A DNA stretch of 64,000 nucleotides from Pedobacter sp. (GCA_050253415.1 JBFWJC010000007.1:1-64000); one strand, 5' to 3'; shown: positions 1 to 8,785, numbered from the stretch's first letter. The notes: generated from the letters alone by a model not told the origin. Program-made: numbers and translations.

Positions 1-1
1 T

Positions 2-169
2 CAGGCGATGGAAGACGTTAAGGCGGGGCGTTCTGAGCCGATAGACGATTTGCTTGAAATGATCGAAGAAGACAAAAACTGGCTTGAGGAAAACAAAACC
101 GCAATCGATAACTACAATGAGCGCATCGAGAGGGATGGCATTTTTGGCTCTTGCAAGAGGAGATTTTGA
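2..169 (+). CDS. 5'-partial small protein ending in a CcdA-like toxin-binding tail, preceded by an antitoxin-like helix
   Basis: Not in the ORF track. Frame +2 reads QAMEDVKAGRSEPIDDLLEMIEEDKNWLEENKTAIDNYNERIERDGIFGSCKRRF*. W-x-EEN-x-x-AI-x-x-YN...G-x-F...RF matches the CcdA family C-terminus. Confidence 0.75.
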   Translation, partial: QAMEDVKAGRSEPIDDLLEMIEEDKNWLEENKTAIDNYNERIERDGIFGSCKRRF

Positions 170-222
170 GGGCCCAGACAAGATCCCCCAGAACGGCTTA
201 TTTTTAACTAGTCCTGAAACAC

Positions 223-257
223 AGAAACCCCGTCCGGATTGCCAGACGGGGTTTTCT
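223..257 (+). terminator. Probable intrinsic terminator
   Basis: Hairpin AAACCCCGTC-loop-GACGGGGTTTT downstream of the 2..169 ORF. Confidence 0.6.
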
Positions 258-585
258 CGCATTGCAGGATTTCTAACACACTCCCCTACTCTGCACCATC
301 GTAATTTCCCACAAGTTGTCCCAAATCAGATCCCAGTTCACCTTGGACAAATAGGACACCAACCAACCAATGCAGCGAATCCCAACTTTGCTCCGAAAGA
401 TGGGGTTCAACAACCAATTTTGTGTATTTCAGCGTTCACGCCAGTGAAAAACTAAAACCCTAAATCAAGAAATGAAAAAAAGACGATAAAATAGTTGCTT
501 GTGGTGTCATCTTTGAGAAGTCTGTTCAACATTGTCAGGAGTGGAAAGATTGACCATGGAGAATCCGCCCCAGAAGGAGGTGTAG

Positions 586-840
586 ATGGCATACTCGAAC
601 CATGAGAGAGCGGCTGACCGCATGACGCAGCAGTCGCTGCGAGAGGTCGCAGAGGGGTCTTCTGCACCAATCGATGATCTGCTCCTGATGGTCGACAAAG
701 ATAAAAACGAATCTGTTGGCCAAGGCTGGCATGAGCTTCATTCTGGTGAAGGTGAGGTCGTGGCCGAGGATGATGACTTTTCCGAGTCTGTCAGAAATGA
801 AATCCGAGAGCGACCAGGGCATGCATCGGACGATGATTAG
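586..840 (+). CDS. Small acidic protein with antitoxin-like (ParD/RelB-type) C-terminal helices
   Basis: Strong RBS AAGGAGGTG. SLREVAEGSSAPIDDLL resembles AMEDVKAGRSEPIDDLL of ORF 2..169. A second motif is GWHELHSGEG...DDDFSESVRNEI. Confidence 0.6.
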   Translation: MAYSNHERAADRMTQQSLREVAEGSSAPIDDLLLMVDKDKNESVGQGWHELHSGEGEVVAEDDDFSESVRNEIRERPGHASDDD

Positions 841-1013
841 CCCTGCCGCTTGCCCAACCGCTCCATGTAGTCGCGGACAGCGGCCCGAAGTTTGTCGTTC
901 GGCGCCGACGCGTTCTCGATCGCGTCAAAAAACCTTTCAGCGTCTTCCGTGCTTAGTCGAATCGTAGATTCCAGCGAGGCCACGGTGCTATTTTTGGGCT
1001 TGGAAAATTTCAT
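837..1013 (-). CDS. 58-aa protein resembling the C-terminal half of TacA/AtaR (DUF1778) antitoxins
   Basis: Below the ORF-track cutoff. RBS GGAGGTG precedes MKFSKPKNSTVASLESTIRLSTEDAERFFDAIENASAPNDKLRAAVRDYMERLGKRQG*. The I-x-LS-x-x-D-x-x-x-F-x-x-A-x-EN-x-x-x-PN-x-x-L-x-x-A pattern is typical of DUF1778. Confidence 0.7.
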   Translation of the reverse strand: MKFSKPKNSTVASLESTIRLSTEDAERFFDAIENASAPNDKLRAAVRDYMERLGKRQG

Positions 1014-1041
1014 GGCCCACCTCCGGAGGGCTTGCTAATCA

Positions 1042-1131
1042 TCAAAACCGTCTTTTGCGTGAACCGAAAACACCATCTTTCTTGATATGCTCATTGTAGT
1101 TGTCGATCGCCTCTTTGTTCTCTTCGAGTCA
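1042..1131 (-). pseudogene. CcdA-like tail cut off from the upstream ORF by an in-frame TGA at the conserved Trp
   Basis: In frame with 1129..1467 it reads (TGA)LEENKEAIDNYNEHIKKDGVFGSRKRRF*. It is 22/28 identical to the tail at 83..166. Confidence 0.75.
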
Positions 1132-1467
1132 GCGCTCTTCAAGCTTCTCACTCTCCTCATCAAGCTCACGATTGATTCTTTCGAGCGAATACTCAGCGAA
1201 GTCACTTTCCTCACCCTTTATAAGTGTCTTGCGTAAGGCCTCTTTTTTGGCAACATCCTGAAGGATGATCGATGCGAGCTTTGTCATCCCCTCATCCCTG
1301 ACATGCAGCACCTCACCTTTCGTGGCTAGAGACTTTTCAAGGTCTTCAGCAATGTATCGATAGACACGCAAAGAGTTTTGGCTATCTCCATCCGGTGACT
1401 TAGCATTGTAGCCGGAAACACGTAGGATCTCTCTGTAATTAATTCTGGTGCGGATTTCAAAAGGCAT
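1129..1467 (-). CDS. Unknown N-terminus fused to a ParD-like toxin-binding segment
   Basis: RBS GGAG. Residues ~74-104 (KKEALRKTLIKGEESDFAEYSLERINRELDE) follow the ParD2-type pattern KL..LR..LI.GE.SG.A.Y.L.....ELD. Confidence 0.7.
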   Translation of the reverse strand: MPFEIRTRINYREILRVSGYNAKSPDGDSQNSLRVYRYIAEDLEKSLATKGEVLHVRDEGMTKLASIILQDVAKKEALRKTLIKGEESDFAEYSLERINRELDEESEKLEER

Positions 1468-1577
1468 AACGTGACTCCTGACAGGGCAAGTTATGGTAAT
1501 TACTCTTATAGTGATTACTATAATAATGTTCGCTAATACCTAAGTCGTCACTCCACCAATTCGACCCCACTGAAGAA

Positions 1578-1838
1578 TTATTTTTGCTCTCTACCGGGGC
1601 AATCATGCTCCTCGACAGCAGCGCCCTCCGCCTTGACAGTGACACAACAATTGCAGTTATCGAAATTTTTGCAGCGAAAAAACAGCTCGATCACCTCAGG
1701 AATTACGTCAAAATCAAACGCAGGAACTACCAGGGTCATCCTTGCGCCGCATCGATGGCAGAGTAAATTTCCGGGGCGATAGTCACTCCGCTTTTGCTCT
1801 GGACTGTGAGGCCATTGCGCTATCCCCGTTTTTCTCAT
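1578..1838 (-). CDS. Small C4 zinc-ribbon protein
   Basis: CHRCGARM...FFRCKNFDNC, like topoisomerase-type or Ogr-type C4 fingers; RBS-like AAAGGTGG upstream. Confidence 0.55.
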   Translation of the reverse strand: MRKTGIAQWPHSPEQKRSDYRPGNLLCHRCGARMTLVVPAFDFDVIPEVIELFFRCKNFDNCNCCVTVKAEGAAVEEHDCPGREQK

Positions 1839-1856
1839 TGAGCCACCTTTCCAACT

Positions 1857-2174
1857 TCACTTAACCAACCCGTTTCCGACGACATACAAACGCCCCACGT
1901 CGGTAGACAAGATCTGCTCCTTGTGGTCGATCCAGGTTTTTTCAGCCAGAGCCTTGGCCTCCTTGTGGTTCTTAACAACATTATCAAATTCGAGACTTAC
2001 AAGAAATCTATACTCATCTTCGGGTATTTCCGGGTCATCGGCATCATCTAGATAAAAAACCAACCAGGTGCGCTCATCACCGCCCTTCCAGTAACAGTAG
2101 ATGGTCGCATTATCCAAGGCAAAAGTAGCACAAAGATAATCTGGCAGATATTTCATTGGAGTGGTTTTGGCCAT
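1857..2174 (-). CDS. Hypothetical acidic protein
   Basis: 105-aa ORF with GGAG RBS, co-oriented with 1578..1838. Confidence 0.55.
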   Translation of the reverse strand: MAKTTPMKYLPDYLCATFALDNATIYCYWKGGDERTWLVFYLDDADDPEIPEDEYRFLVSLEFDNVVKNHKEAKALAEKTWIDHKEQILSTDVGRLYVVGNGLVK

Positions 2175-2464
2175 AGTGTCTCCGTAGGCTTCCCCTTTCT
2201 GAGGGGTTATCTGTTTAGGTTAAAAATTGTTGCATTTCAATTGTAGAGCCCCTCTTATAACGCCTATGGATAATAAAACTTCCTGCAGGCTAAGGTGTTG
2301 TAACCGTCCCTTGGAAAAGAGGCATGAGGTTATCTCCTTCTGATAGCTGAGCCCTCTTTCTGCCCGCGACCTCTAAAATTCCTGGTAGCACAAAGCCTTC
2401 CCCGGCTGTCGGGATTGACTCGGGACTGTCTGGAAAAAGACTTCCGATTTGTGTCCACAAGTCA

Positions 2465-2493
2465 AGCATAGCCGCCCCGCGGACAACTTGCAA
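2465..2493 (-). promoter_or_regulatory. Candidate sigma70 promoter for the minus-strand small-ORF operon
   Basis: TTGCAA-N17-TATGCT on the minus strand. Confidence 0.45.
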
Positions 2494-2792
2494 GTGCCGG
2501 TGTTTGTTGCAGAATTAACACTTTTGTTAGTTTTTATAATTGGGGGATTTGTACACTATTTCAAGAGGGTTTCTAAGAGTGTTGCCCGCAATTTTGCTGA
2601 GTAGCAACGATAAAATTTGAAAAACTTTTTTTAAAAAAGAGTTATAGATAGTAGGCATGTAGAAAACAGAGGGGCGGTTACGTCGTGGGGTGTGTAGTAG
2701 AGATATTTCTTGAGGAGGGGGCGATGGTTCAATCCATCTTGCTGCGCAATTAAGTTTTCAACAGGCAGTGAAACTACGAAGGGAGTCTCAAC

Positions 2793-2944
2793 ATGACTAA
2801 AAGAGCCCAGCAGGACATTAATAGAAAATTAAAGGTCTTAAATCACGCTAAAGAAACTGAAATATAGCTAAGACTTGCCGTTACTTCGGGATTTGTCGAC
2901 AGACTTTTCATGTTTGGAAAAAAGCGTTTGCGACACAGGGTGAA
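2793..2944 (+). mobile_element. IS481-like transposase N-terminal remnant (frameshifted, truncated)
   Basis: MTKRAQQDINRKLKVLNHAKET, then after a frameshift NIAKTCRYFGICRQTFHVWKKAFATQGE, which is the HTH start of IS481-family transposases. Confidence 0.65.
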
Positions 2945-3442
2945 ATAGTGGTTTCTGTCCCTAACAAACTTGCTAGGATGAGACACCGTCCAAATCATTG
3001 ATCTGCCGCCGCTTTTCGCCGTTCCACCCCTTGTTTTTCATGCCCTTCTTTGGTAGGATCATCGACAAGTAAAATAGGCTAGGAAAAGGTGCAAGCAGAG
3101 GTAAGGCATTCACTCTGGCCACTTGTTTTTGGCTTTTAAAAGCCGCTTAGGCTCGGGAATCTCTCAGAAAGCGAACAGGGCAATTTGCCGGGGTGAGGCT
3201 TTCCATAAGCGGGGGCTATTGCGCAGACATGGTCGATTCACCGGGGGTACCACGCAGGTCGCAACCATACAGGATATTGTACTGACCGATAACTAAGAAC
3301 ACCACCTGCCCTCTCCCGGCACGAGGAACCCCGGCACCCCTGGCAGACTAATCGGTATACGGCCTCATCCGAACCAATGTCTGTTCGTGGGTCATTACCA
3401 GTGACTATTGCATAGTCTCATAAGCTCAATTCAATCCTAAAC

Positions 3443-3480
3443 AAAATAAAGCCACCAAATGGAAATGGGTGGCCTTATTT
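3443..3480. terminator. Hairpin terminator just downstream of the broken dut
   Basis: AAAATAAAGCCACC-loop-GGTGGCCTTATTT. Confidence 0.55.
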
Positions 3481-3530
3481 ACAGGAGAATTCCGATCGAT
3501 GCTTACATGTCAACTACGATGGGAATACAG

Positions 3531-3878
3531 TCAAATATTTTTTATGATGGAATCTCGAATAGTTACATATCGAACCCCATACATACAGTTTCCGCCAGAT
3601 GGTTTTTCTATACATAAAGCATCTATGGTACCTGGCGCGTTCACCAATGTCACGCCACGATGCAAGGCAAGACCGGAACGTGGCCTTACCTGGGCTTCAA
3701 AACCAACAGGAATAGCCATAGCAATGCCAGTAGGAACAACGGCTCGACAACCGGGCTCGACGACCAACTCTTCTTCTGGACAGGCAAACACATCCATCCC
3801 GGCAGCATGACGACTCATATATCGGGGCAGCTGTGCCCGTGAGCGCAATTTTTTAACTTTAATTTTCAAGATATCCAT
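3531..3878 (-). pseudogene. dut: Truncated dUTPase; homology ends at ~3618 and 28 unrelated residues follow
   Basis: Motifs [12 protein letters not shown] and NAPGTIDA are present. The expected DYRGE and motifs 4-5 are missing. Confidence 0.9.
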
Positions 3879-3922
3879 AATTATACAAGAAGAAAGAACA
3901 ATTGTTAAAAAATGCCCTTGGG

Positions 3923-5182
3923 TCAGCCGAGAGTCAAGTCAACCAAGGGAAACCCATTCCCCGAAATCGGGCCAACCAGTTGCAGATTAAGATACTCATC
4001 TCGCAAAAACTCGCGCGTCAAACGCAAAATATCCTCACCACTTACTTGCTGAACACGTTCGATAACTTCATGCGGAGATTGCACCCGCCCGAGATATATT
4101 TCGTTTTTGGCAAGGCGGATCATTCTATTTTCGGTGCTTTCCAGGGACAGCATGAATTGTCCCTTAATAAGCTCCTTGGTAGCCTGCAATTCGTCAGGGT
4201 CGGGCTCGCAATGTTGAAACCGAGACAGCTCTTTCAATACCAGATTGATCGCATGCTGAACTTCATCGGGGGAGGTGCCGGCATAAACAATCAGCGCACC
4301 CGCATCGGAATGCGAACTTAAATAGCTGTAAACCGAATACGCCATCCCCCTTTCTTCACGTAATATCTGAAACAGTCGAGAACTCATACTACCACCGAGC
4401 ATGGTATTCAGAAGGTTCCCGGCAAAGCGATTTTGGTGACGTTGCCCCGGAGCAATGGTGCCTAGACAGAAATGCACCTGCTCGATATCTTTTTGAGTTA
4501 CCTGGATACAGGAGTGACTAACCGGGGGCTCAGAGATAGACGTCTTGACTCCTGCCTTATGACCACGAAACAGTTGATCAATCTGCGATACCAATTGCTC
4601 GTGATGCACATCCCCGGCTACACAAATAATCAGATTGCTACCACAGTAATTTGTATCGAAATATTGGACCAACTGCTGACGATCGAGGGATTGAACCGAT
4701 TGAATGGAACCGATGATGGGTTTGCCAAGGGGATGCCCACGCCAGTAAGAGCTCGTGAACAATTCATGAATACTTTCTTCAGGGGAATCTTCAAGCATGT
4801 GGATCTCCTGAAGAATTACCCGACGTTCTTTTTCAAGCTCATCAAGATCTATGACTGAATTCAAGAGGATATCTGATAGCAGATCCACAGCCAGGGACAA
4901 ATTATGCCCGGACACCTTGGCATAGTAGCAACTGAATTCAGAGCTGGTAAAGGCATTGAGTGCCCCGCCCACCGAGTCGATTTCTTTAGCGATGGACGGG
5001 GCACTACGATGTATCGTCCCCTTGAACAGCATGTGCTCCAAAAAATGAGAAACACCAGCTTGTTCAAGTGATTCATGGCGTGATCCGCATTCAACCCAAA
5101 ATCCTACCGTAGCCGAAAAGGCTCCGGGAATACGCTCGGAAAGAATGCGGATACCATTATCCAGGACAGACTTTTCTACCAT
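3923..5182 (-). CDS. M16 family zinc peptidase
   Basis: Inverted zinc motif [17 protein letters not shown]; usual position downstream of pnp. Confidence 0.93.
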   Translation of the reverse strand: MVEKSVLDNGIRILSERIPGAFSATVGFWVECGSRHESLEQAGVSHFLEHMLFKGTIHRSAPSIAKEIDSVGGALNAFTSSEFSCYYAKVSGHNLSLAVDLLSDILLNSVIDLDELEKERRVILQEIHMLEDSPEESIHELFTSSYWRGHPLGKPIIGSIQSVQSLDRQQLVQYFDTNYCGSNLIICVAGDVHHEQLVSQIDQLFRGHKAGVKTSISEPPVSHSCIQVTQKDIEQVHFCLGTIAPGQRHQNRFAGNLLNTMLGGSMSSRLFQILREERGMAYSVYSYLSSHSDAGALIVYAGTSPDEVQHAINLVLKELSRFQHCEPDPDELQATKELIKGQFMLSLESTENRMIRLAKNEIYLGRVQSPHEVIERVQQVSGEDILRLTREFLRDEYLNLQLVGPISGNGFPLVDLTLG

Positions 5183-5194
5183 AACAAGGAGGGA

Positions 5195-7294
5195 CTATTC
5201 TTCCTCAGGCAAAGTTTCGCCCAAGGCTTCCTTGCGAGACAATTTTATTTTGCCCTGGCGATCGATATCGAGGCACTTAACCAGAACCTTGTCTCCTTCG
5301 TTAAGAATGTCGGTAACATTCTTAACACGTTCTTTAGCCAGCTCAGAGATATGAACCAGGCCTTCAGTGCCGGGGAAAATTTCCACAAAAGCACCGAAAT
5401 CCATGATTTTTTTAACGGTGGCCATGTAAAGTCGACCCACCTCGGCATCCTGAGTGAGGTTCCGGATCATCTTGATGGCAGCCTTGCAAGCTTCGCCATC
5501 GGACGATGCGATATTAATGCGACCGTCGTCTTCGATATCGATAGAACAACCGGTGGCCTCAATGATACCGCGAACATTTTTACCACCAGGTCCGATGACA
5601 GTGCGCACTTGATCCGGCTTGACATTGATTGTGGTAATACGCGGAGCATAAGGAGACAGATCGCTACGTGAAACAGCAATCGCCTCGGCCATCTTGCCGA
5701 GAATATGGATACGCCCTTCACGTGCCTGATCAAGAGCCTGTCCCATGATTTCTTTGCTGACGCCGCTGATCTTGATATCCATCTGCAAGGCAGTAATACC
5801 ATCACGGGTACCCGTGACTTTAAAATCCATGTCACCAAGATGATCTTCGTCCCCGAGAATATCCGAGAGGACGACAACATCGTCGCCTTCCTTGATAAGA
5901 CCCATGGCAATACCGGCAACAGCCTCCTTGATGGGCACACCTGCGTCCATCAGTGCCAGAGAAGCACCGCAGACACTGGCCATGGATGAAGAACCGTTCG
6001 ACTCGAGAATGTCGGATACGACACGCAAGGTGTAAGGAAAATCATCATGGTTGGGCAGTACCTGTGCAATGGAACGTTCTGCAAGCATACCGTGACCGAT
6101 CTCACGACGGCCGGGGAACAGTCGCATGCTGGTCTCACCTACACAGAACGGAGGGAAGTTGTAGTGAAGCATGAACTTCTTGAATTCCATGGACTGGACA
6201 TTGTCCATGCGTTGCTCATCCTTGGAAGTACCAAGAGCAACAGCCACCAGCGCCTGGGTTTCCCCGCGGGTAAACAATGCGCTGCCATGAGCTCGCGGCA
6301 GCACGCCGATTTCACAGGTGATGGGTCGAATGGTGTCTTTGTCACGCCCGTCGATACGGACCTTATCCCGAGCCACCATCTGGCGAACAAGGCGTTTCTG
6401 AAGACTTCCGAAGGCTTCGCTGACATCGTCAGACTGTCCTTCAAATTCTTCAGCCAGAGCTGCCAATATATCCGTTTTGATCTCAGCCACGGCAGCATAA
6501 CGTTCCTGCTTGGTGCGGATCTTGACAGCTTCCACCAAACGCACCTCTGCCAACTCAGCGACCTTGGCAACAATAGCGGGATCGATGACTTTTACAGAAA
6601 ATTCACGTTTTTCAAGCCCAGCTACTTTAACCAGCTCAAGCTGGATATCAAGCAGCGGTTGCAGAGCTTCATGGGCAAAAAACAGAGCGTCAAGCATCTC
6701 CTGCTCACTAATAAAATTTGCCTCGCCCTCTACCATGATGATGGCATCACGGGAACCCGCAACAATGATATCCATATCGCTGCTGGCACGTTGTTCGAGG
6801 GTCGGGTTGGCAATCAAAACGCCCTCTACGCGACCCACCCTTACTGCGGCGACAGGACCATCGAAAGGGATATCGGAAACGGCCACGGCCGCTGAAGCAC
6901 CAAGCATAGCCAAGGTGTCAGGATCGTTTTGCTCGTCTACCGAAATCACTGTCGGCATGATCTGGGTTTCAAACATGTAGCCCTTAGGGAAAAGAGGGCG
7001 TAACGGCCGGTCGATAAGGCGGCAGACCAACGTTTCACGTTCTGTCGCACCGCGTTCACGACGGAAAAAAGAACCGGGGATTTTGCCACCGGCGTAGAAT
7101 TTTTCCTGGTAATTGACAGTGAGAGGGAAAAACCCTTGCCCTTCACGCAATTGTTTGGCGCTTACTGCGGTACATAGAACCTTGGTATCACCATAGGTCA
7201 CCACTACTGCACCGTCAGCTTGACGCGCCATTTTGCCTGTTTCAAGGGTCAAGGTCTGCCCATTGAACTGACATTCAACTTTTTGATAAGCCAA
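5195..7294 (-). CDS. pnp: Polyribonucleotide nucleotidyltransferase
   Basis: Two RNase PH domains ([18 protein letters not shown]) plus KH and S1 domains. Confidence 0.98.
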   Translation of the reverse strand: MAYQKVECQFNGQTLTLETGKMARQADGAVVVTYGDTKVLCTAVSAKQLREGQGFFPLTVNYQEKFYAGGKIPGSFFRRERGATERETLVCRLIDRPLRPLFPKGYMFETQIMPTVISVDEQNDPDTLAMLGASAAVAVSDIPFDGPVAAVRVGRVEGVLIANPTLEQRASSDMDIIVAGSRDAIIMVEGEANFISEQEMLDALFFAHEALQPLLDIQLELVKVAGLEKREFSVKVIDPAIVAKVAELAEVRLVEAVKIRTKQERYAAVAEIKTDILAALAEEFEGQSDDVSEAFGSLQKRLVRQMVARDKVRIDGRDKDTIRPITCEIGVLPRAHGSALFTRGETQALVAVALGTSKDEQRMDNVQSMEFKKFMLHYNFPPFCVGETSMRLFPGRREIGHGMLAERSIAQVLPNHDDFPYTLRVVSDILESNGSSSMASVCGASLALMDAGVPIKEAVAGIAMGLIKEGDDVVVLSDILGDEDHLGDMDFKVTGTRDGITALQMDIKISGVSKEIMGQALDQAREGRIHILGKMAEAIAVSRSDLSPYAPRITTINVKPDQVRTVIGPGGKNVRGIIEATGCSIDIEDDGRINIASSDGEACKAAIKMIRNLTQDAEVGRLYMATVKKIMDFGAFVEIFPGTEGLVHISELAKERVKNVTDILNEGDKVLVKCLDIDRQGKIKLSRKEALGETLPEEE

Positions 7295-7322
7295 ATTATT
7301 CTCCTTTTTTGCGAGGCTAAAT

Positions 7323-7476
7323 CCGAGTCACCGCATGCCCCGCAGAATCTTTCTCTTAAAACGGCTAAAGGAGACTGACCTGAAACAACAGCCGCTCACC
7401 ATCGCGGACCGGCTGTTCTCTCCGGGCAACCTCCATTAGCATACAAAAAACTCAGGCAGCAGGCCTCTCGACTCGG
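7323..7476 (-). promoter_or_regulatory. Long nested stem-loop in the rpsO-pnp spacer (likely pnp leader/RNase III substrate)
   Basis: Nested inverted pairs CCGAGTC/GACTCGG, GCTAAAGGAG/CTCCATTAGC and AACAGCCG/CGGCTGTT. Confidence 0.55.
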
Positions 7477-7497
7477 CGAGAAGCGTGCTGCCCTTTA

Positions 7498-7764
7498 CTA
7501 CCTACGGATACCGAGGCTCTGTATGATTGTGCGATACCGTTCCACATCGTTGCGTTTGAGATAGTCCAGAAGACGTCTCCGCTGTCCGACAATTTTCAGC
7601 AAACCGCGACGGGAATGATGATCTTTTTTGTGGGTCCGAAAATGCTCGGTCAGATAGGTAATGCGTTCTGACAGCAGAGCAATCTGCACCTCAGGAGATC
7701 CTGTATCACCTTCATGTCGTTTATACTGCTCGATGAGTTCCTGTTTTTTATCAGTGGCTAACAC
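7498..7764 (-). CDS. rpsO: 30S ribosomal protein S15
   Basis: [24 protein letters not shown] start at 7764 after GGAGG. Confidence 0.97.
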   Translation of the reverse strand: MLATDKKQELIEQYKRHEGDTGSPEVQIALLSERITYLTEHFRTHKKDHHSRRGLLKIVGQRRRLLDYLKRNDVERYRTIIQSLGIRR

Positions 7765-7829
7765 TTTGCCACCTCCTTTCGTGTTAAAATGCAACCTAAA
7801 TGGTTATTATAACGATATAAAGCGTAATC

Positions 7830-7858
7830 TTATTACCATAGTTAAGAGACTGTGTAAA
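7830..7858 (-). promoter_or_regulatory. Candidate sigma70 promoter of rpsO
   Basis: TTTACA-N17-TAATAA with extended TG. Confidence 0.4.
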
Positions 7859-7861
7859 GCG

Positions 7862-8785
7862 CTATTCAAAGCCTCCGCAATCATTAAAAACCTTCAAAAG
7901 TTCAAAGTCTCCACGAGATTCATGGTTACGTGAAGGTGCGAAACGGGTAATCGCCAAAGGACCTTTGGGACTAACCAACAGAACCAAGACTCCTTCGGCA
8001 AACTCTATGGACCCAACAACCATATCGATCGTAGGTGGGATACCGTAACTCAGCCTCTTGACTCCCTCGTCAGAAACAACGAGAGACGGGTACTCCCTGA
8101 GAGCCTCACCAATACTAAGCAAAAAGCGATGGCGGTCCTCCGGGGCAGCCTGCTCGATTTCTTCGAGGGTAACAGCATCTGCTTCGGTAAAGGGAGCACT
8201 TTGCAGACGTCTTAAAGAGGTCAGATGAGCACCACAACCTAGCTTAGCACCAATATCATGACAGAGCGTGCGAATATAGGTCCCCTTCGAACAGGACACA
8301 TCAAATGTTACGCATGGCGACTGAACGCTCAGCTGCTGCAGACTGAAAATCGTTACCCGTCGTGCTGTCCTCGCAACCTCAACCCCTTGACGTGCCAATT
8401 TATAAAGCGGCACACCGTCTTTTTTCAAAGCAGAGTACATGGGCGGAACCTGGTCAATGGGACCCACCATCGACATACAGACATCACGGATCTCATCAGC
8501 GCACAGATGCGATGTTTCATGAGTACCGAGAACCTGACCTTCAGAGTCTTGCGTATCGGTTACCTTGCCCAGCAGCAAGGAAGCTCTATAAACTTTATTT
8601 TCCTCCATGAGAAACTGGAGGATACGAGTAGCTTGGCCTAGAGCCACTACCAGCACTCCGGTGGCCAATGGGTCAAGTGTACCTGCATGGCCAACCTTAC
8701 GCAAACCGAAAAGACGTCGTACGCGTCCAACAACCGCATGGGAGGTCATCCCCTGAGGTTTATCGACAATCAGGATACCGTTCAT
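7862..8785 (-). CDS. truB: tRNA pseudouridine(55) synthase
   Basis: GHAGTLDPLATG, PPMYSALK, CSKGTYIRTL. Confidence 0.97.
   Translation of the reverse strand: MNGILIVDKPQGMTSHAVVGRVRRLFGLRKVGHAGTLDPLATGVLVVALGQATRILQFLMEENKVYRASLLLGKVTDTQDSEGQVLGTHETSHLCADEIRDVCMSMVGPIDQVPPMYSALKKDGVPLYKLARQGVEVARTARRVTIFSLQQLSVQSPCVTFDVSCSKGTYIRTLCHDIGAKLGCGAHLTSLRRLQSAPFTEADAVTLEEIEQAAPEDRHRFLLSIGEALREYPSLVVSDEGVKRLSYGIPPTIDMVVGSIEFAEGVLVLLVSPKGPLAITRFAPSRNHESRGDFELLKVFNDCGGFE

Noticed and set aside
84..455. 123-aa ORF in the track
   Set aside because: It overlaps the CcdA-like frame and a terminator, has a TTG start and no recognisable motif; likely spurious.
716..967. 83-aa plus-strand ORF
   Set aside because: It overlaps two better-supported ORFs (586..840 and 837..1013).
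1129..1131. TGA as selenocysteine
   Set aside because: The aligned residue is Trp, not Cys, and no convincing SECIS hairpin follows.
1..1467. Ordinary ccdAB, parDE or tacAT toxin-antitoxin operons
   Set aside because: No toxin-like ORF was found adjacent in the window, and the complete ORFs lack RHH domains.
3350..3375. GCCGTATACCGA resembling group II intron domain V (minus strand)
   Set aside because: The rest of domains V and VI and any RT ORF are absent.
6047..6895. Long antisense ORFs over pnp (similar ones over infB, glnD and the lyases)
   Set aside because: They are shadows of codon bias in well-conserved genes.
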